Below are positions 62,815-64,000 of a stretch of 64,000 bases of DNA, piece by piece. The translations under genes and the position numbers were made by a program. Source of the stretch: Rhodovulum sulfidophilum (GTDB lineage Bacteria > Pseudomonadota > Alphaproteobacteria > Rhodobacterales > Rhodobacteraceae); assembly GCA_003241785.1 (NCBI GenBank), contig QFPW01000013.1:53420-117419 (forward strand). Reading direction: 5' to 3'. The notes beneath the pieces are model-generated. The model ran no database searches. It saw only the letters and a list, made by a program, of their open reading frames with translations, and was not told the origin of the DNA. Position 1 is the stretch's first letter. Every line of letters begins with the position of its first letter.

Positions 62815-63732
62815 ATGGGTTATTTCATCTTCAGGCGATCAATCCAGAGCCTGTTTTCCCTCGTGGCGCTGGTCATTCTGGTGTTCTTCCTGTCGCGGCT
62901 GACCGGTTCGCCGGCGGATCTCTACCTGCCGCAGGACGCGACCGACGCGATGCGCCAGCAATTCGACGCCCAGCACGGTCTCGACAAGCCGATCCATCTG
63001 CAGTTCGCGCAATTCCTGATCGGGCTCGCCCGTTTCGACCTCGGCCAGTCGATCCAGTTCTCCCGTCCCGCGATCGACGTGGTCCTGCAGGCCTTTCCCA
63101 CGACCCTGATGCTGGCTGCTGTCACGCTGCCGATCATCCTGACGGTCTCGATCGTGACCGGCTCGCTCGCGGCGATGCGGCCGGGCGGGCTTTTCGACCG
63201 GGTCGCGAGCATCCTCTCGCTGATCGGGGCCAGCACGCCGAACTTCTGGGTGGCGATCGTGGGGGTGATCGTCTTCGCGGTGACGCTCAAATGGCTCCCC
63301 ACCTCGGGAACGGGGACGCCGCTGCACTGGGTGCTGCCGGTCACCGTCCTCGCGCTGCGGCCGACCGGCGTGCTGGTGCAGGTGGTGCGCAGCTCGATGG
63401 TGACGGCGCTCGGCTCGGTCTACGTGAAGACCGCGCGGTCCAAGGGCGTGAGCAGGCGGGCGATCGTCTTCGTGCACGCCCTGCGCAACGCTCTGCTGCC
63501 GGTCATCACCGTGGCGAGCGACCAGCTCGCCGGCATCGTGAACGGCGCCGTGATCGTCGAGACCGTGTTCGGCTTTCCGGGCATCGGCAAGCTGATGATC
63601 GACTCGGTCCTGCTGAAGGATTTCGCCGTCATCCAGGCCGCCGTCCTCGTCACCGCGCTCGCGGTCTTCATCATCAACATCATCGTGGACATCACCTATG
63701 CGCTCGTCGATCCTCGCATCCGGCACAGCTGA
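62815..63732 (+). CDS. ABC transporter permease (DppB/OppB-like)
   Basis: The start MGYFIFRRSIQSLFSLVALVILVFFLSRLTGSPADLYLP is a classic DppB N-terminus preceded by GGAGGAGG. The EAA-region block is YVKTARSKGVSRRAIVFVHALRNALLPVIT. Confidence 0.85.
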   Translation: MGYFIFRRSIQSLFSLVALVILVFFLSRLTGSPADLYLPQDATDAMRQQFDAQHGLDKPIHLQFAQFLIGLARFDLGQSIQFSRPAIDVVLQAFPTTLMLAAVTLPIILTVSIVTGSLAAMRPGGLFDRVASILSLIGASTPNFWVAIVGVIVFAVTLKWLPTSGTGTPLHWVLPVTVLALRPTGVLVQVVRSSMVTALGSVYVKTARSKGVSRRAIVFVHALRNALLPVITVASDQLAGIVNGAVIVETVFGFPGIGKLMIDSVLLKDFAVIQAAVLVTALAVFIINIIVDITYALVDPRIRHS

Positions 63733-63733
63733 G

Positions 63734-64000
63734 ATGGCAACCACGGCCACCGACCCCCGCGACGCGCCGGCGCCCTCGGCCTTCCGCGAGATTCTCTCGA
63801 CGCTCGGCCAGGACAGGTTCGCCGCCGTCTCCGCCGCCTTCCTGACGCTGGTGCTGCTCTGCGCCATCTTCGGGCCGACGCTGCTCGGCGAGCAGGCGCG
63901 GGCGATGAACCTGACGCAGCGCAACGCGGCGCCGTTCCAGCTCGACCGGCCCTGGCTCTACATCCTGGGCGCCGACGCGCTTGGCCGCAGCCTGCTCGCG
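63734..64000 (+). CDS. ABC transporter permease (DppC/OppC-like), partial, runs off window end
   Basis: I translated this by hand from ATG 63734: MATTATDPRDAPAPSAFREILSTLGQDRFAAVSAAFLTLVLLCAIFGPTLLG...YILGADALGRSLLA. This is a DppC-type N-terminal TM segment with the G-x-D-x-LGR motif. There is no stop before 64000. Confidence 0.75.
   Translation, partial: MATTATDPRDAPAPSAFREILSTLGQDRFAAVSAAFLTLVLLCAIFGPTLLGEQARAMNLTQRNAAPFQLDRPWLYILGADALGRSLLA

Overview
The window is very GC-rich, densely coding bacterial DNA with alphaproteobacterial-style gene content: TRAP, TTT and many ABC importers, and FecIR-type signalling. I found no rRNA, tRNA, CRISPR, transposase, integrase or phage genes. About 62 protein genes fall into co-directional, often translationally coupled (ATGA/GTGA overlap) catabolic and transport modules.

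1. **1-7.6 kb:** a GntR-controlled TRAP-transporter operon (SDR, degenerate MBL-fold, epimerase-like and cupin genes), divergent from a 2-hydroxyacid dehydrogenase and a FAH-family hydrolase.
2. **7.8-13.3 kb:** a small secreted protein, ECF sigma factor, FecR-like anti-sigma factor, TonB-dependent transducer and MgtC.
3. **13.4-21.7 kb:** a clear hydroxycinnamate (ferulate/p-coumarate) locus. vdh-ech-fcs is divergent from marR, an MFS transporter, an amidohydrolase-2 gene and an acyl-CoA dehydrogenase.
4. **22-32 kb:** an uncharacterised nine-gene operon (GST, SMP-30 lactonase, tctC, PrpD-like, tctB, tctA, tctC, PrpD-like, RraA-like) divergent from an IclR regulator.
5. **32.4-39 kb:** a CUT1 sugar ABC importer plus a GH3 beta-glucosidase.
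6. **39-52.3 kb:** 16 co-directional genes facing an XRE-cupin regulator. They are two cupins, a C-N hydrolase, CoxG, a Liv-type ABC system, a VanA-class Rieske oxygenase, a cyclase-family hydrolase, a CMD-family protein, a NitT/TauT ABC system and a quinone oxidoreductase.
7. **53.3-60.4 kb:** a LysR-associated xanthine-dehydrogenase-family operon with the unusual order FAD subunit, Moco subunit, 2Fe-2S subunit, Moco subunit.
8. **60.5-64 kb:** a second RraA-like gene followed by a Dpp/Opp-type ABC importer that runs off the window.

The candidates most worth follow-up are the M-L-S-L molybdoenzyme operon, the 16-gene oxygenase/amidase/cupin supercluster, and the TTT/PrpD/RraA/lactonase/GST operon next to the ferulate genes. 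All functional calls come from reading the translated ORFs for family motifs by eye. No database search was run.
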